Virus record (IMG/VR): IMGVR_UViG_3300023179_009086
Coordinates: 12,607-76,606 of that record
Strand: one strand, 5' to 3'
Source of the DNA: a virus
DNA length: 64,000 bases
The notes below the pieces were generated by a model. It saw only the letters and a list, made by a program, of their open reading frames with translations. It did not search any database and was not told where the DNA came from. Both the position numbers and the translations under genes were made by a program. The first letter of the stretch is position 1, and every line of letters begins with the position of its first letter. Of the stretch, positions 40,926-51,384 are shown piece after piece.

Positions 40926-43900
40926 TAATTTACCATATCTGTAAAAGCTACTTGAGGATTTAGACTTGGAGTTCCATTACCAGAATCATCTGTAGAATCA
41001 ACAAATTGATTGCCAGTAAATAATACAGTTAAAATTCTATCAACTTTGACTAAAGCTCCCGGTGGAAAGATTTCTGGCGAAATAGTGGTAGCTGTAGCAT
41101 CGGGAATACAATCTGAAGAATCTCCAGTAGTAGTAGTTGTAATAACAGTAGAAATACCCCTATCTGTTACGGCCTGAACTATTACATTGCAAATACTTGC
41201 TTTAATGGTAACTTTACCAGGAGTCTTAGAAGTTATTTTGGCAGTATAAATAGATCCATTTTTTGCCCATAAAAGATCTTGATTTTTATCTATTTTCTCA
41301 ATACTAGCACCAGTAGCAGTAGTATCTGAAACAATTGTAATCGCAATTTTTTCTCTAGCATCTAAAGAATCAATGATTTCATCATCATATGAATCTCTAG
41401 GTATGATTTGAATGGTAGCGGAATCTCCAGCTTTTATAGTTACCGAATCACCGATTCCAGAAGCATATTCCATGGCGCCAGTAATGGTAGGCATGGTAGA
41501 TACGGCACCGTCTGTTACAACTTCTGTAACAATATTGGATGGATCAATATATCCTTCTAAATCAGTTTCATCAGTATCTTCAATTAATTTAAAAGTAGTA
41601 TTTAATGGATTAATAACAAACTTACAAGAATCGTCAATTGCTTTATTTGTACAATCAACCAAATTAGTATAAGCTGACATTACACTTTCCACAGATATAG
41701 TACTTGGAATATCTCCAACTGCTAATTTTTCTCTTATCTTAACAACAATACCTTTTTCTCCAACAAAGAAGTCTATAAAATCTGTGACACAATTAAGATA
41801 TGGTCTAACTATGTCTCCTCCAAAATCTGAGTTAAATCCTGGAAGATCTAATAATAATTCATTGGTTTGAGAAGCACCACAAGCGGCAGCAATATCATCC
41901 GCTACTTGTCTTAAATCAACAAAGTAAATTTGTGGAAAATTATAGACATCAATAGTATTAATAGCATATTGAAAGTCATCATTTTCTGCCCAATTTCCAT
42001 TAGCAAAATCATAAATACCATAGTCAAGATATGGGAAGTTAAATAATTCTGGATTATCAATTAAAACAGTAGGATCTATAGTATTTAAAAGATTTTCTAA
42101 ATAAATTTTAAATTTAGAAGCTCCACCTACTCCTACATAATCATCGGATAATTCTGTAAAGGGGTTTCCAGATAAAAATAAATCATCATTTAACTTTCTA
42201 TAATTCAAATACAATGTATAAGGATCAGTAGTACTACCATCACCGCTGATGGCAATTGGTTTTTTAGATCCAAATATACCAGGATCTTTTTCTATCCAAG
42301 AAACAGAACCATTTAATAATAAAAAGATATCTACGGAAATTCCTTCAAAGAATCCAGCATTGGCTTGCATTTTCAAAATAGCGTCACCAAGTTCTTCGCG
42401 ATATCCTTGGTTAAAGACTCCAGAACTTGAATTACCTCCTTGAGCACAATAATTTAGTAAATCGTCTACCATCCGGCTCTTAAATAAACCTCCTTTTTGT
42501 TCATAAGAAGCCGTTTTTCTAATAACTTGTCTTTCTTCTCTATCAAATTTTTGAGTTTCTGCGGCTGGAAAATTAATCATTTTTGCAAAAATATTATCAA
42601 CTACTGGATATTTAATTCCATTAATTTCATCAAATCTAATTGATAATCCATTTTCTTCTATAAAATAAACGTTAAATTTTTCATCTACAATGGCAAAAGA
42701 TGGTATTCCTCCAAAAGTTTTTGTCACAGTGGTGGTAGTAGTAATTGGTTCATATGTAATTGGATCAATTGTAGATTCAATAACTTCTATATCTGCCACC
42801 AGTGGTTTTGCTTTATAGGTATAAGTTCCATTAGATCCAGTTCCAGCATATTCGATAAAATCGGAAAATCCATCAATGGGGCTAATTAACTTTATATTTT
42901 CTTGATTAATTGTTGATCCGGTATGAATTTCTAGGGAATTGCCATTTTTACTCAACATAGCTGGAGGAGAATCTAATGTAAATAAATCATCTATAATTTT
43001 TTTCTTAAAGAAAATTCCAATAATGCCCCAGGCATAATCACTAGTTAAACCAGCTGATTTAAATTGGAATTCTACAAATCTAGGATCATTTTTTCGATCT
43101 AAAGTAGCCGTACCAAATGAGAATCTTTTTTTAGATTTAGTGCAAGAAATTCCAAAAGAACCATCAAAGGTTCCGCCATTAAATCTTAACTTTCCATAAT
43201 TTATATTATCTATAAATCCATCACCATCTTGATCGCCTGAAAAATATCCACCTTCTAAAACTACTTTATTTTCATTTGTTTGAGAATCAATAAGATCAGG
43301 AAGTGGATTTCCTGCATATCCGGTGTTGTTTGGAACAACAATATAGGTACCATTATTAATGGCTTCAGAAACTTTATATAAAACATTGTTGACAGGATTA
43401 CCAGCCCCATCTTCTGGTGGATTATTATAATCAACATCTATAATTTGTTCTGGATCATTATTTTCAGAATCAGGTGTATTTCCATTTTCACCAGTTCTTT
43501 CTACTGAAAGGTTGGTATAGTCTTGTGCCAATGGAATCATAGCATCTGGAACAATAAAACCTCTTGGAGCAACCCTGCCAACAATTAATCCTGCTAACAT
43601 TGAAGGATCGATACAAGCGGGTTCATCTTCATCTTGGGTGATCTGGCATGGGAAGGAAAAAACCAGTTGAAGTAGCTCTAGTATTAATCCTAAAATTTGA
43701 ACTATTGGTTCAATAACTTGCAAATCAGCTTCAATAGTTAAAAGATGTTCATTTAATACTAATTCTAAATTTTTAATTGATTCAAAATCTCTTCTTCTGA
43801 CAGCTATATCTAGTGCTGTTATAGTTTCATTAATAGCAACAATAATTCCTAAAATTTTTTGAATAACACAAAGTAATAACTCTAATATATGCAATAAAAT

Positions 43901-46900
43901 TGTTAAAAACAATACTGGCATAGAGATTTGTGGAAGCAATAAAATTAAATCAAATAAACAAGCAAATAATCGAATTACTGCAAAAGCTAATTTTACAGGA
44001 TTTAATAAAGCACAAATAACGTCAATAATACAAAAAATAACTTTAATAGGAATATAAAGAATTTTTAAAAATTTTAATTGAGCAGAAATTTCTGCTGTTA
44101 AATGAAATGATAAATCACAAACACTTTTTAAAGCCTCTTTAGCTGTAAGGGATTTATCATATATAACTGGACCAACTTTAAGTTTAGCTTTATCAATAAT
44201 ATCATCTAAAGATTTTTTAGATTGTTTATCTATAGAACTTTTTGCTTTATCAAAAAATTTTTCAATATCTTGACCTGCAGTTGGATCTAAAACTCTTTCA
44301 GCTTTTAATCTATTTCTATTTGAATTTGTAATAATAAATTTAGCACAATCTGATCCAGAAAAATTTAAATTATAAACTGAGGGCTCTAAAATAACACTAT
44401 AAATATAAAATTCTCCATCTCTTTTAATAAAATTTGAACTAGTTCTATAACCACCTAATTCAAATTTTGAATCCTTATCTCCACCTTTTACTTTTACAAT
44501 TATCTCTAGAGGTGAGGAGCCTAGTTTTATATTTGAAAAATTATTTTGAAAATATTCTGTTTTATCAAATTTTGTAGTAATACTATAAATTTCTGGAACT
44601 TTAGCTTCAATTACATGAGTTTGCTCTATAAATGTTGATACTATAATAAAAAGTTGATTATCAGATGATTTAGATATAAAACCAGAATCATATTCAAATG
44701 ATTCAGGTAAATAAGTATAGTATTGATTTAAAGAATTTATAGAAGTAGACCTTCCACTAGGACCTATATTTGCATCTAGTACAGAATCTACTATTCCGGA
44801 TAAACTATAATTTGCACTAGATAAAGCATCAGTTAATGCAGATGCTTGCCTCATTAGTGAATTTACTTGCTCTACAGCGGCAGTGATTTGAGCAGCAGTA
44901 GCATTAGCATCATTTATTAAAAATTGAAGATTATCTGTAGCATTATTTAAATCAAGAATAGAATTATTTGATGAAGTTGCTAATGCAATAGCTGCATCAG
45001 AAGAGTTATCAGGATTACTTAGTACTTCTTGATTTCTACTGGAAATATTTGAAACTTTTGAACTTGTTTCTGTTAAAATAGATTCTGCAGATTTTACAGC
45101 ACTATCTCTATTTTGAATTACATCTAAAGTATTAGAATTTACAACAATTACATTTTCTTCAAGAAATCCATCTTTTTTAATTTCATCAGATAAAAAAGCA
45201 CCAAAAATTTTATTAGAACTTTCAGGTAGAATGGTAGATTCTAAATTTCCAAAGGTAATTTCTAAATTAATTGGTTTAATTTTAATAGGAGATACAAATT
45301 TAATATACAAATCAGAAGAAGAATTTCCACCAATTATTGATCTATATATTGCACCACTACTATTTGATTTATCTGAAGAATCAGATTTATTTACATATCC
45401 ATATTTTTGGTAGTATGTTAAACCACTAGAATCAATAATTGGAAGAATTAAAGATGCACTATTTTGTTTAAAATTACTAAAATAAGTTTCTATTCTTCTA
45501 GCTTCTAAATTTTTAATTTTAACTACTTGAATATCATTTGATGTAGTTATTTCATAATCTGATGAGTTAAGAGTTTTTGAAACTTTTGTATATAATTCAG
45601 AACCATAAATAGAATTATATTCATAATCATCTATGCTAATAGATACATCTGAATATCCATTTAGATTTAATGAAGATATACCCCTGAAATAAGCACAGGC
45701 AATATTACTAGAAAGATAAGTTATTTTTCCAACCAAATTTTTAGTGATTTCTTCAGAACCTATATAAAATTGATAACAATCTTTATAATATTTTTTATCT
45801 TTTTTTGGTGCATTAAATATAATAAAAAGATGATCAAGTGTATCCTGAACAGATATTTTTTCATTTCTAATTTCGTTCAGTCTTGATTCGGAAATCATAC
45901 GAGATGGAATTGCTTTTTTAATTTTAAAATTAATACTATCTTTTTCTGTTTTATTTGCATTTGCAATATTAGAAATATCAAAATTACAAATACAATCTTT
46001 TTGATTATCTGATTTAGCAATTAATCCAAGAATATATGGAGGATTAATAAAAGCTCGTCTATCTGGATCATCTGATCCAAGTTGAAGAACAGCGGCCGAA
46101 GAATATTTATCAGACTCTGAAAACAAAATTGTAGAATCAGAAGTAAAAATTTCATTTGAAAAAATTAAATAAGCTTTACTTGATGTTATAGGTCCATCAA
46201 TTAAAGCTCTAACATTATATGGGCCGGATTCTATAGGTCCGGGAATAGAAATTTCAGCAAAGTTAGATAAAATATTTTTAGAAAAATTTTGGTCTCCAAA
46301 AGACCATATTATTTTTTTATTAGAATAATAAGTTTCTCCATAAATGTTGATAGAAATAACATCTTCTTTTAATCCAAAAGTTTCAACTAATGCTTTACTT
46401 TTTAAAGCTAGATAAGCAAAAATATTATTTTTGTTTTGAGATGTAAAAATATTAGAAGTACATCCAATTTTTATTTTAGCACTATTTCCACTAAATAATA
46501 GTGGAATAGAGTCGGGACCATTATTATTAATAGAAGTAAAAGTTAAATCTTTAGTTACTCCTTTTGGTTTATAATAAATGGAATTAAATGAACCAAAATT
46601 AACTTTATCAGAACTTTTTCTAGGTAAAGTTGCAGAGGTTGCACTATCAAGAGATATATAAACAACAATATCTTTATTTGTTTCTTTATTTTTAGTTTTT
46701 TTAACTTTAAGATAAACTGGAAATTCTCCCAGGTTAGTTGTCAACTCTGACCATTTTTTATTAATATTTATTATAACCGAATTAGAAGTAGCTATAAAAC
46801 CTGGATCCAATTTATTGGCAATTGTTTTATCTCCAGTGCCCCCTACTACTAGAAGTGCCTCTTCTGCGCTTTCTAAATTTTCACCAATAATTTCAATAGA

Positions 46901-48913
46901 TATTTCATCATTAGTTCTAAGCGGGTTACCTCCAAGATATCCATTTGGACTAATAGAGGTAATTTTTGCCTCTCCTAGGGAAATATTTATATTTGGTCCA
47001 GGAAGTCTTACGAATTGTCCGGTTGTATCATCAATTATATATGTAGCAAAACAAATTTTATTTGTAGTATCAGATAAATCAAAATATTGTTCTGTATCAG
47101 TAGATGGAATAGTATTGTCAGTTTTAAAATATTTTTTTAATTTATTTATTCCAGAAGATGAAAGTTTTAAAATCAAATCTTTTGGATCTATTCCAGAATC
47201 AACTGTAGAATCAAGTGAAATTAATTCTATCCAATGTTCTGGAATAACTGTATCAATATCTTTTGGAATAGTAATTTCATTTGAATAATTAAAAGAAGAA
47301 GTAGAATCTGGGGCGCTAAGTAAAAAACGAGGATAGTTACCAGACATAATATATCTAGTATGCTCTTGTTGTGTTGAGTAGAATAAAACTTCTCTACTAT
47401 CAATAATTTGATTATTTTCTCTATCTGTAATTACAATTTCTGGTCTATTTATAGAAGATAAAATTGTATCAACAGAAGTTACTCCATATTTGCTTGTATT
47501 ATTTTCAAAAAGAGGAATAGTTTTATATTTTTTATATAAATTATTAACTTCTTCTTTTATATTTTGTGTAGTACTAAAATATAAAGGTTTATAATCTAAT
47601 GGAATTGTAGCAATCTCAATTGGTTGAGAATAATTTATTTCTAAATTTTTATCTAAACTTTTATTGTTATTATCTTGAATATTGTTATTTGCAGCATTAG
47701 ATTTTATTAAAGGTGCTAAATAATATTTTAATTTAAATTGATTTAAATTATTTATAGAATTTTGTAAATAGATAGAATCTAATCCAGTATAAATAATTTC
47801 TTCATCAATTTGACTACCGGAATTTTCTGGGTAAGAAATTTCACCATCTTTCAGAGTAAGAGATGGTAGCTGATTATATTTCAATACTAGTGGACAATAC
47901 TCATAAGTTGAGTCATTTTTTGTTAAAATTTCAAGAATATAAAATAAAGATTCTTTAATACCATTATCTTCTCTAGTAGTAAAATTACTATAATATTCAG
48001 CAGAATCTCTACCAGAGAGGTCTGGCATTTTGATATAAAAATTAGAATTAAAAAATGTGTAATATCCACATAATTGTAATTTATCATCTGCTTCTGCAAT
48101 TAGAACCTCTTCTCCAATTCTATAGAGTGGAAAAATTTCTAAAATTGCAACAGAAATAATATTTTGAATTTCAATTGATGTAAAATTATTTGGATTTTGA
48201 TTTAATTCATTTAATTTTTTATATATATCTAAAAATTTTATATTAAAATTGCCTACAAAAGTTCCGGGTCCGGCTTTGGCTTCTTCATTAACAAGGCTTA
48301 ATACAGAATATATATCTAAAATTGACTCAAATGGAATAAATTGAAAAGAAGCAAATGGAGAAATATTTTTATCTCTAAAATTTTTTTGTATATTTTCACT
48401 ATAAACTGTTTGAAGATCTGAAGCAGTACTTTGACTAAAAACTGTACTTAAAATAAATTCTGGAACGCCATCTTTTTCATAGAAATTTTTGCTAGAACCT
48501 AAAAATTTTGAAATCTCATAAAAAGTTCTATTTAAAGCAATTTTAAGATCAGATAATTGTTTATATCCTGCAAATGAAACATCTTTTCCTAAAGCAGAAT
48601 CTTTTAATAAATATTTTGCAATAATTTTTTCTTTTATAGCTGTTACTTTTGCATCATAAGATGTAGTATCTTTTTTCTTAAAATTATAGTTAGAATTATT
48701 GGTATTAACCTGTACAATTGCTCCACCAGATAGTGGAATAGCGTCTGCAGTATTAGATGGAATAATAACTTTAGAATATGCAGTAAGAAAGGATTTGGTA
48801 CCTTCTAAATCTGGACTAGTTGGATCACAGTTTACTTGAACAGCAATTTGATCTTCATTAGTATTAATTTCTCCAATGACAAGAGAAGTTATTGATATTG
48901 GTGTATTACTCAT
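40925..48913 (-). CDS. 2662-aa baseplate-associated protein with IPT/Ig-like segments, coiled coil and long hydrophobic helical block
   Basis: Long ORF following the spike gene. AKITSISP...IIGENL (IPT-like), Ala/Ser coiled coil, ~140-aa Leu/Ile/Val/Cys block, C-terminal Ig-like segment. Confidence 0.6.
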   Translation of the reverse strand: MSNTPISITSLVIGEINTNEDQIAVQVNCDPTSPDLEGTKSFLTAYSKVIIPSNTADAIPLSGGAIVQVNTNNSNYNFKKKDTTSYDAKVTAIKEKIIAKYLLKDSALGKDVSFAGYKQLSDLKIALNRTFYEISKFLGSSKNFYEKDGVPEFILSTVFSQSTASDLQTVYSENIQKNFRDKNISPFASFQFIPFESILDIYSVLSLVNEEAKAGPGTFVGNFNIKFLDIYKKLNELNQNPNNFTSIEIQNIISVAILEIFPLYRIGEEVLIAEADDKLQLCGYYTFFNSNFYIKMPDLSGRDSAEYYSNFTTREDNGIKESLFYILEILTKNDSTYEYCPLVLKYNQLPSLTLKDGEISYPENSGSQIDEEIIYTGLDSIYLQNSINNLNQFKLKYYLAPLIKSNAANNNIQDNNNKSLDKNLEINYSQPIEIATIPLDYKPLYFSTTQNIKEEVNNLYKKYKTIPLFENNTSKYGVTSVDTILSSINRPEIVITDRENNQIIDSREVLFYSTQQEHTRYIMSGNYPRFLLSAPDSTSSFNYSNEITIPKDIDTVIPEHWIELISLDSTVDSGIDPKDLILKLSSSGINKLKKYFKTDNTIPSTDTEQYFDLSDTTNKICFATYIIDDTTGQFVRLPGPNINISLGEAKITSISPNGYLGGNPLRTNDEISIEIIGENLESAEEALLVVGGTGDKTIANKLDPGFIATSNSVIININKKWSELTTNLGEFPVYLKVKKTKNKETNKDIVVYISLDSATSATLPRKSSDKVNFGSFNSIYYKPKGVTKDLTFTSINNNGPDSIPLLFSGNSAKIKIGCTSNIFTSQNKNNIFAYLALKSKALVETFGLKEDVISINIYGETYYSNKKIIWSFGDQNFSKNILSNFAEISIPGPIESGPYNVRALIDGPITSSKAYLIFSNEIFTSDSTILFSESDKYSSAAVLQLGSDDPDRRAFINPPYILGLIAKSDNQKDCICNFDISNIANANKTEKDSINFKIKKAIPSRMISESRLNEIRNEKISVQDTLDHLFIIFNAPKKDKKYYKDCYQFYIGSEEITKNLVGKITYLSSNIACAYFRGISSLNLNGYSDVSISIDDYEYNSIYGSELYTKVSKTLNSSDYEITTSNDIQVVKIKNLEARRIETYFSNFKQNSASLILPIIDSSGLTYYQKYGYVNKSDSSDKSNSSGAIYRSIIGGNSSSDLYIKFVSPIKIKPINLEITFGNLESTILPESSNKIFGAFLSDEIKKDGFLEENVIVVNSNTLDVIQNRDSAVKSAESILTETSSKVSNISSRNQEVLSNPDNSSDAAIALATSSNNSILDLNNATDNLQFLINDANATAAQITAAVEQVNSLMRQASALTDALSSANYSLSGIVDSVLDANIGPSGRSTSINSLNQYYTYLPESFEYDSGFISKSSDNQLFIIVSTFIEQTHVIEAKVPEIYSITTKFDKTEYFQNNFSNIKLGSSPLEIIVKVKGGDKDSKFELGGYRTSSNFIKRDGEFYIYSVILEPSVYNLNFSGSDCAKFIITNSNRNRLKAERVLDPTAGQDIEKFFDKAKSSIDKQSKKSLDDIIDKAKLKVGPVIYDKSLTAKEALKSVCDLSFHLTAEISAQLKFLKILYIPIKVIFCIIDVICALLNPVKLAFAVIRLFACLFDLILLLPQISMPVLFLTILLHILELLLCVIQKILGIIVAINETITALDIAVRRRDFESIKNLELVLNEHLLTIEADLQVIEPIVQILGLILELLQLVFSFPCQITQDEDEPACIDPSMLAGLIVGRVAPRGFIVPDAMIPLAQDYTNLSVERTGENGNTPDSENNDPEQIIDVDYNNPPEDGAGNPVNNVLYKVSEAINNGTYIVVPNNTGYAGNPLPDLIDSQTNENKVVLEGGYFSGDQDGDGFIDNINYGKLRFNGGTFDGSFGISCTKSKKRFSFGTATLDRKNDPRFVEFQFKSAGLTSDYAWGIIGIFFKKKIIDDLFTLDSPPAMLSKNGNSLEIHTGSTINQENIKLISPIDGFSDFIEYAGTGSNGTYTYKAKPLVADIEVIESTIDPITYEPITTTTTVTKTFGGIPSFAIVDEKFNVYFIEENGLSIRFDEINGIKYPVVDNIFAKMINFPAAETQKFDREERQVIRKTASYEQKGGLFKSRMVDDLLNYCAQGGNSSSGVFNQGYREELGDAILKMQANAGFFEGISVDIFLLLNGSVSWIEKDPGIFGSKKPIAISGDGSTTDPYTLYLNYRKLNDDLFLSGNPFTELSDDYVGVGGASKFKIYLENLLNTIDPTVLIDNPELFNFPYLDYGIYDFANGNWAENDDFQYAINTIDVYNFPQIYFVDLRQVADDIAAACGASQTNELLLDLPGFNSDFGGDIVRPYLNCVTDFIDFFVGEKGIVVKIREKLAVGDIPSTISVESVMSAYTNLVDCTNKAIDDSCKFVINPLNTTFKLIEDTDETDLEGYIDPSNIVTEVVTDGAVSTMPTITGAMEYASGIGDSVTIKAGDSATIQIIPRDSYDDEIIDSLDAREKIAITIVSDTTATGASIEKIDKNQDLLWAKNGSIYTAKITSKTPGKVTIKASICNVIVQAVTDRGISTVITTTTTGDSSDCIPDATATTISPEIFPPGALVKVDRILTVLFTGNQFVDSTDDSGNGTPSLNPQVAFTDMVN

Positions 48914-48944
48914 AGAATTTATTTTACTTTTTTAAATAAATATT

Positions 48945-51383
48945 TTAAGTTAATTGCGTTGTTAAATCAACAATTTCTGCAGCAACTTCCGCAACTCTTT
49001 CTGCATCAGTTGGATTACCAGAAGTATTATTAGCTGTATTGGTAGGTGTTCCAGCATCTTTTGGAACTCTACTCTTTTCAAGAACTTTGACTCCCCCCAT
49101 ACCTCCATTTAAAATAATGCCATTTCTAGATTGAAGAGTTATTGATCCAGCATTATTTATCATCATAGGAGTATTATTTTTCATACCAGAAATTACAATT
49201 CCTTTTTCACTAATAGAGATTATAAAATCTGAATCAATGGCTTCCGGATTATCACCAGAATTACCCTCCTCTTCATCCATAAGTCCTTTATTTGTTAAAT
49301 TTACTCTTAAATCTAATCTACCGGGATTCCAAGTTCCATCACTAGAATGTCCCCCAATATTAAACATGGTATCACCATCAGTTTGTACAGATAAGCTTCT
49401 ACCTTTTTTATCTTTACCAAACCACATAACTGCACCACCTTGGGTATCAAGTGTAATGCTTTTTCCATCGGCTGCGTCAGATCCAATAGAAGTCTCTAAA
49501 GATCCTTCTAAATTTATATTTGCGCTAACTCCACTATAAGATGGATCTGATTCCGACTGATCTAAATCACTATTAGAATAGACTGGAAGATCTGAATATA
49601 TTTTCCCACCAAAAACAAATGAGCCACCTGGATTAATAATAGGATCTTGAGGATCTATTAGAACTGTTCCATAAGCTTTTTGGTATTCTTTTTGGCTAGG
49701 ATTGGAGAGAGAGCCTTCAAATCTAGCGCTTGATTTTTCAAAAGTTTCAGAAACAGCCATACCAATTGTTGCGACACCAGACAAAACAGAGCTTACAAGA
49801 GGTGGTGGATTTACAGATGTAATGTAATTTGCCAAAAGCATTTCGCAGGCAGCATACATATTATGATATTTAGTAGTATTAACCCTAATTTTTAAACCAT
49901 TAACATCTGATTTTCCAAAATAACCATTTGAATTTGAAAATTCTATGCCAGAATATCTAGTGGTATTTAATCCCTTGACTGATAATGCTAAAGCCGCTGG
50001 ATCACCACTAGAGGGCGGAAAAATAATTTTTCCATCATTATCTCTTAATGTAACTGGAATTTTCTCCAAAGAACTTGGTTGCGCAAATCCATTAGTAATC
50101 TGGGGAGTATAGTTGTCTGGATCTTTCATAAAATAAGTTTCATCTACATACATAACATTACCATATCTAGATGATTTTGGAATATTAACTTTTAAAACCC
50201 CTTCTTTATCAAGAATTACTCTTGTATTATTTGAAGAAATAAAATCTTCTTTAATATTTGTATGAGTATTTAATTGAAAATGATAACCAATTCCTCTGCT
50301 AAAATTATTTTTTATTTTAATAAAAGCAGGGTTGTTATCCTCAATAACTTGATAAGAATCTCTTGAATTTTTAAAATCATCAAATAAAGTAACTCCATAG
50401 TTAATATTAATTGGACTATAATTATTTTCTTCAGATAATAAATTTCCAGAAATTACTTGCAATAATTGATCTGGTGCCATGTAAAAAAGATTATAAAGAT
50501 TTCTACTTTCATAAAATCTTCCCAGCTCTACACTATCGTAAGCACTATCTGGATTATTTGTTAAATTTAAAATTTGCTTTTCATTTTCAAAACCAATAAA
50601 TTTAGCCTTTTCAGTTACTTGATTAATTATTTTTTTATAAAATGTTAATGGAACATTTCTTGGATTATTCATAATTTTAGCATCATAGGCTTTTGCCGGA
50701 TAGAGTAATCCAATTTTATTTTCAGTATTTAAATCTGGACGAGTAACCGCATACATATTAGAATTTGATTTAATTTGATCTGATTCATTTTTTGATTTCT
50801 GATGATATTCTCCAGAAAAGCTTCTAGAAGCAGCAGAAATTATTTGTGAATAATGAGAAATATTATTTAAAAATGTAGAAGAATTTAAAGTTTCAATAGA
50901 AATTCCATTTCCATTATTTTCTAATAATTCTATTGTTCCACTTTGTCCTTTATAGGCTTTAAATAATAATTTTTGATTAATCAAACTTCTTAATAAAATA
51001 TCTCCGGGTTCAACTTCATAGTTTCCATCAATCATGACACCTTGTTCTGTATTAGGCAAAGGTTCTGACATACTTTCATGATTTTGTTGAGCAGGATTGA
51101 AAATTCCTTTAATAATCTGAGTGTGATTTGTAGATCCAGGAAAAACTCTAATAGCAAGAGCTTTAGATCCAGTTTGAGGTTTATAAAATAAACCAAATTG
51201 TCCACCAGTTATGGATCCTAATTCTGTATCAAGAATTTCACTTGGAGCCGAAGTATGTTTTGCAACTATAGTTCCATTACTTGATATTTCTTTGATAATT
51301 ACCTCTTGAGGAATCATGGAGGTAAGATTTTCAAAAATATCGTTTCTAACGGCGTTTATAATTCCTTGAATTATTTTACTCAT
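48945..51383 (-). CDS. baseplate central spike, gp5/gpV-like
   Basis: N-terminal OB-like GLFYKPQTGSKAL, EPGDILL, C-terminal beta-helix-like Gly/Ser/Thr strands; follows the hub gene. Confidence 0.65.
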   Translation of the reverse strand: MSKIIQGIINAVRNDIFENLTSMIPQEVIIKEISSNGTIVAKHTSAPSEILDTELGSITGGQFGLFYKPQTGSKALAIRVFPGSTNHTQIIKGIFNPAQQNHESMSEPLPNTEQGVMIDGNYEVEPGDILLRSLINQKLLFKAYKGQSGTIELLENNGNGISIETLNSSTFLNNISHYSQIISAASRSFSGEYHQKSKNESDQIKSNSNMYAVTRPDLNTENKIGLLYPAKAYDAKIMNNPRNVPLTFYKKIINQVTEKAKFIGFENEKQILNLTNNPDSAYDSVELGRFYESRNLYNLFYMAPDQLLQVISGNLLSEENNYSPININYGVTLFDDFKNSRDSYQVIEDNNPAFIKIKNNFSRGIGYHFQLNTHTNIKEDFISSNNTRVILDKEGVLKVNIPKSSRYGNVMYVDETYFMKDPDNYTPQITNGFAQPSSLEKIPVTLRDNDGKIIFPPSSGDPAALALSVKGLNTTRYSGIEFSNSNGYFGKSDVNGLKIRVNTTKYHNMYAACEMLLANYITSVNPPPLVSSVLSGVATIGMAVSETFEKSSARFEGSLSNPSQKEYQKAYGTVLIDPQDPIINPGGSFVFGGKIYSDLPVYSNSDLDQSESDPSYSGVSANINLEGSLETSIGSDAADGKSITLDTQGGAVMWFGKDKKGRSLSVQTDGDTMFNIGGHSSDGTWNPGRLDLRVNLTNKGLMDEEEGNSGDNPEAIDSDFIISISEKGIVISGMKNNTPMMINNAGSITLQSRNGIILNGGMGGVKVLEKSRVPKDAGTPTNTANNTSGNPTDAERVAEVAAEIVDLTTQLT

Positions 51384-51384
51384 T

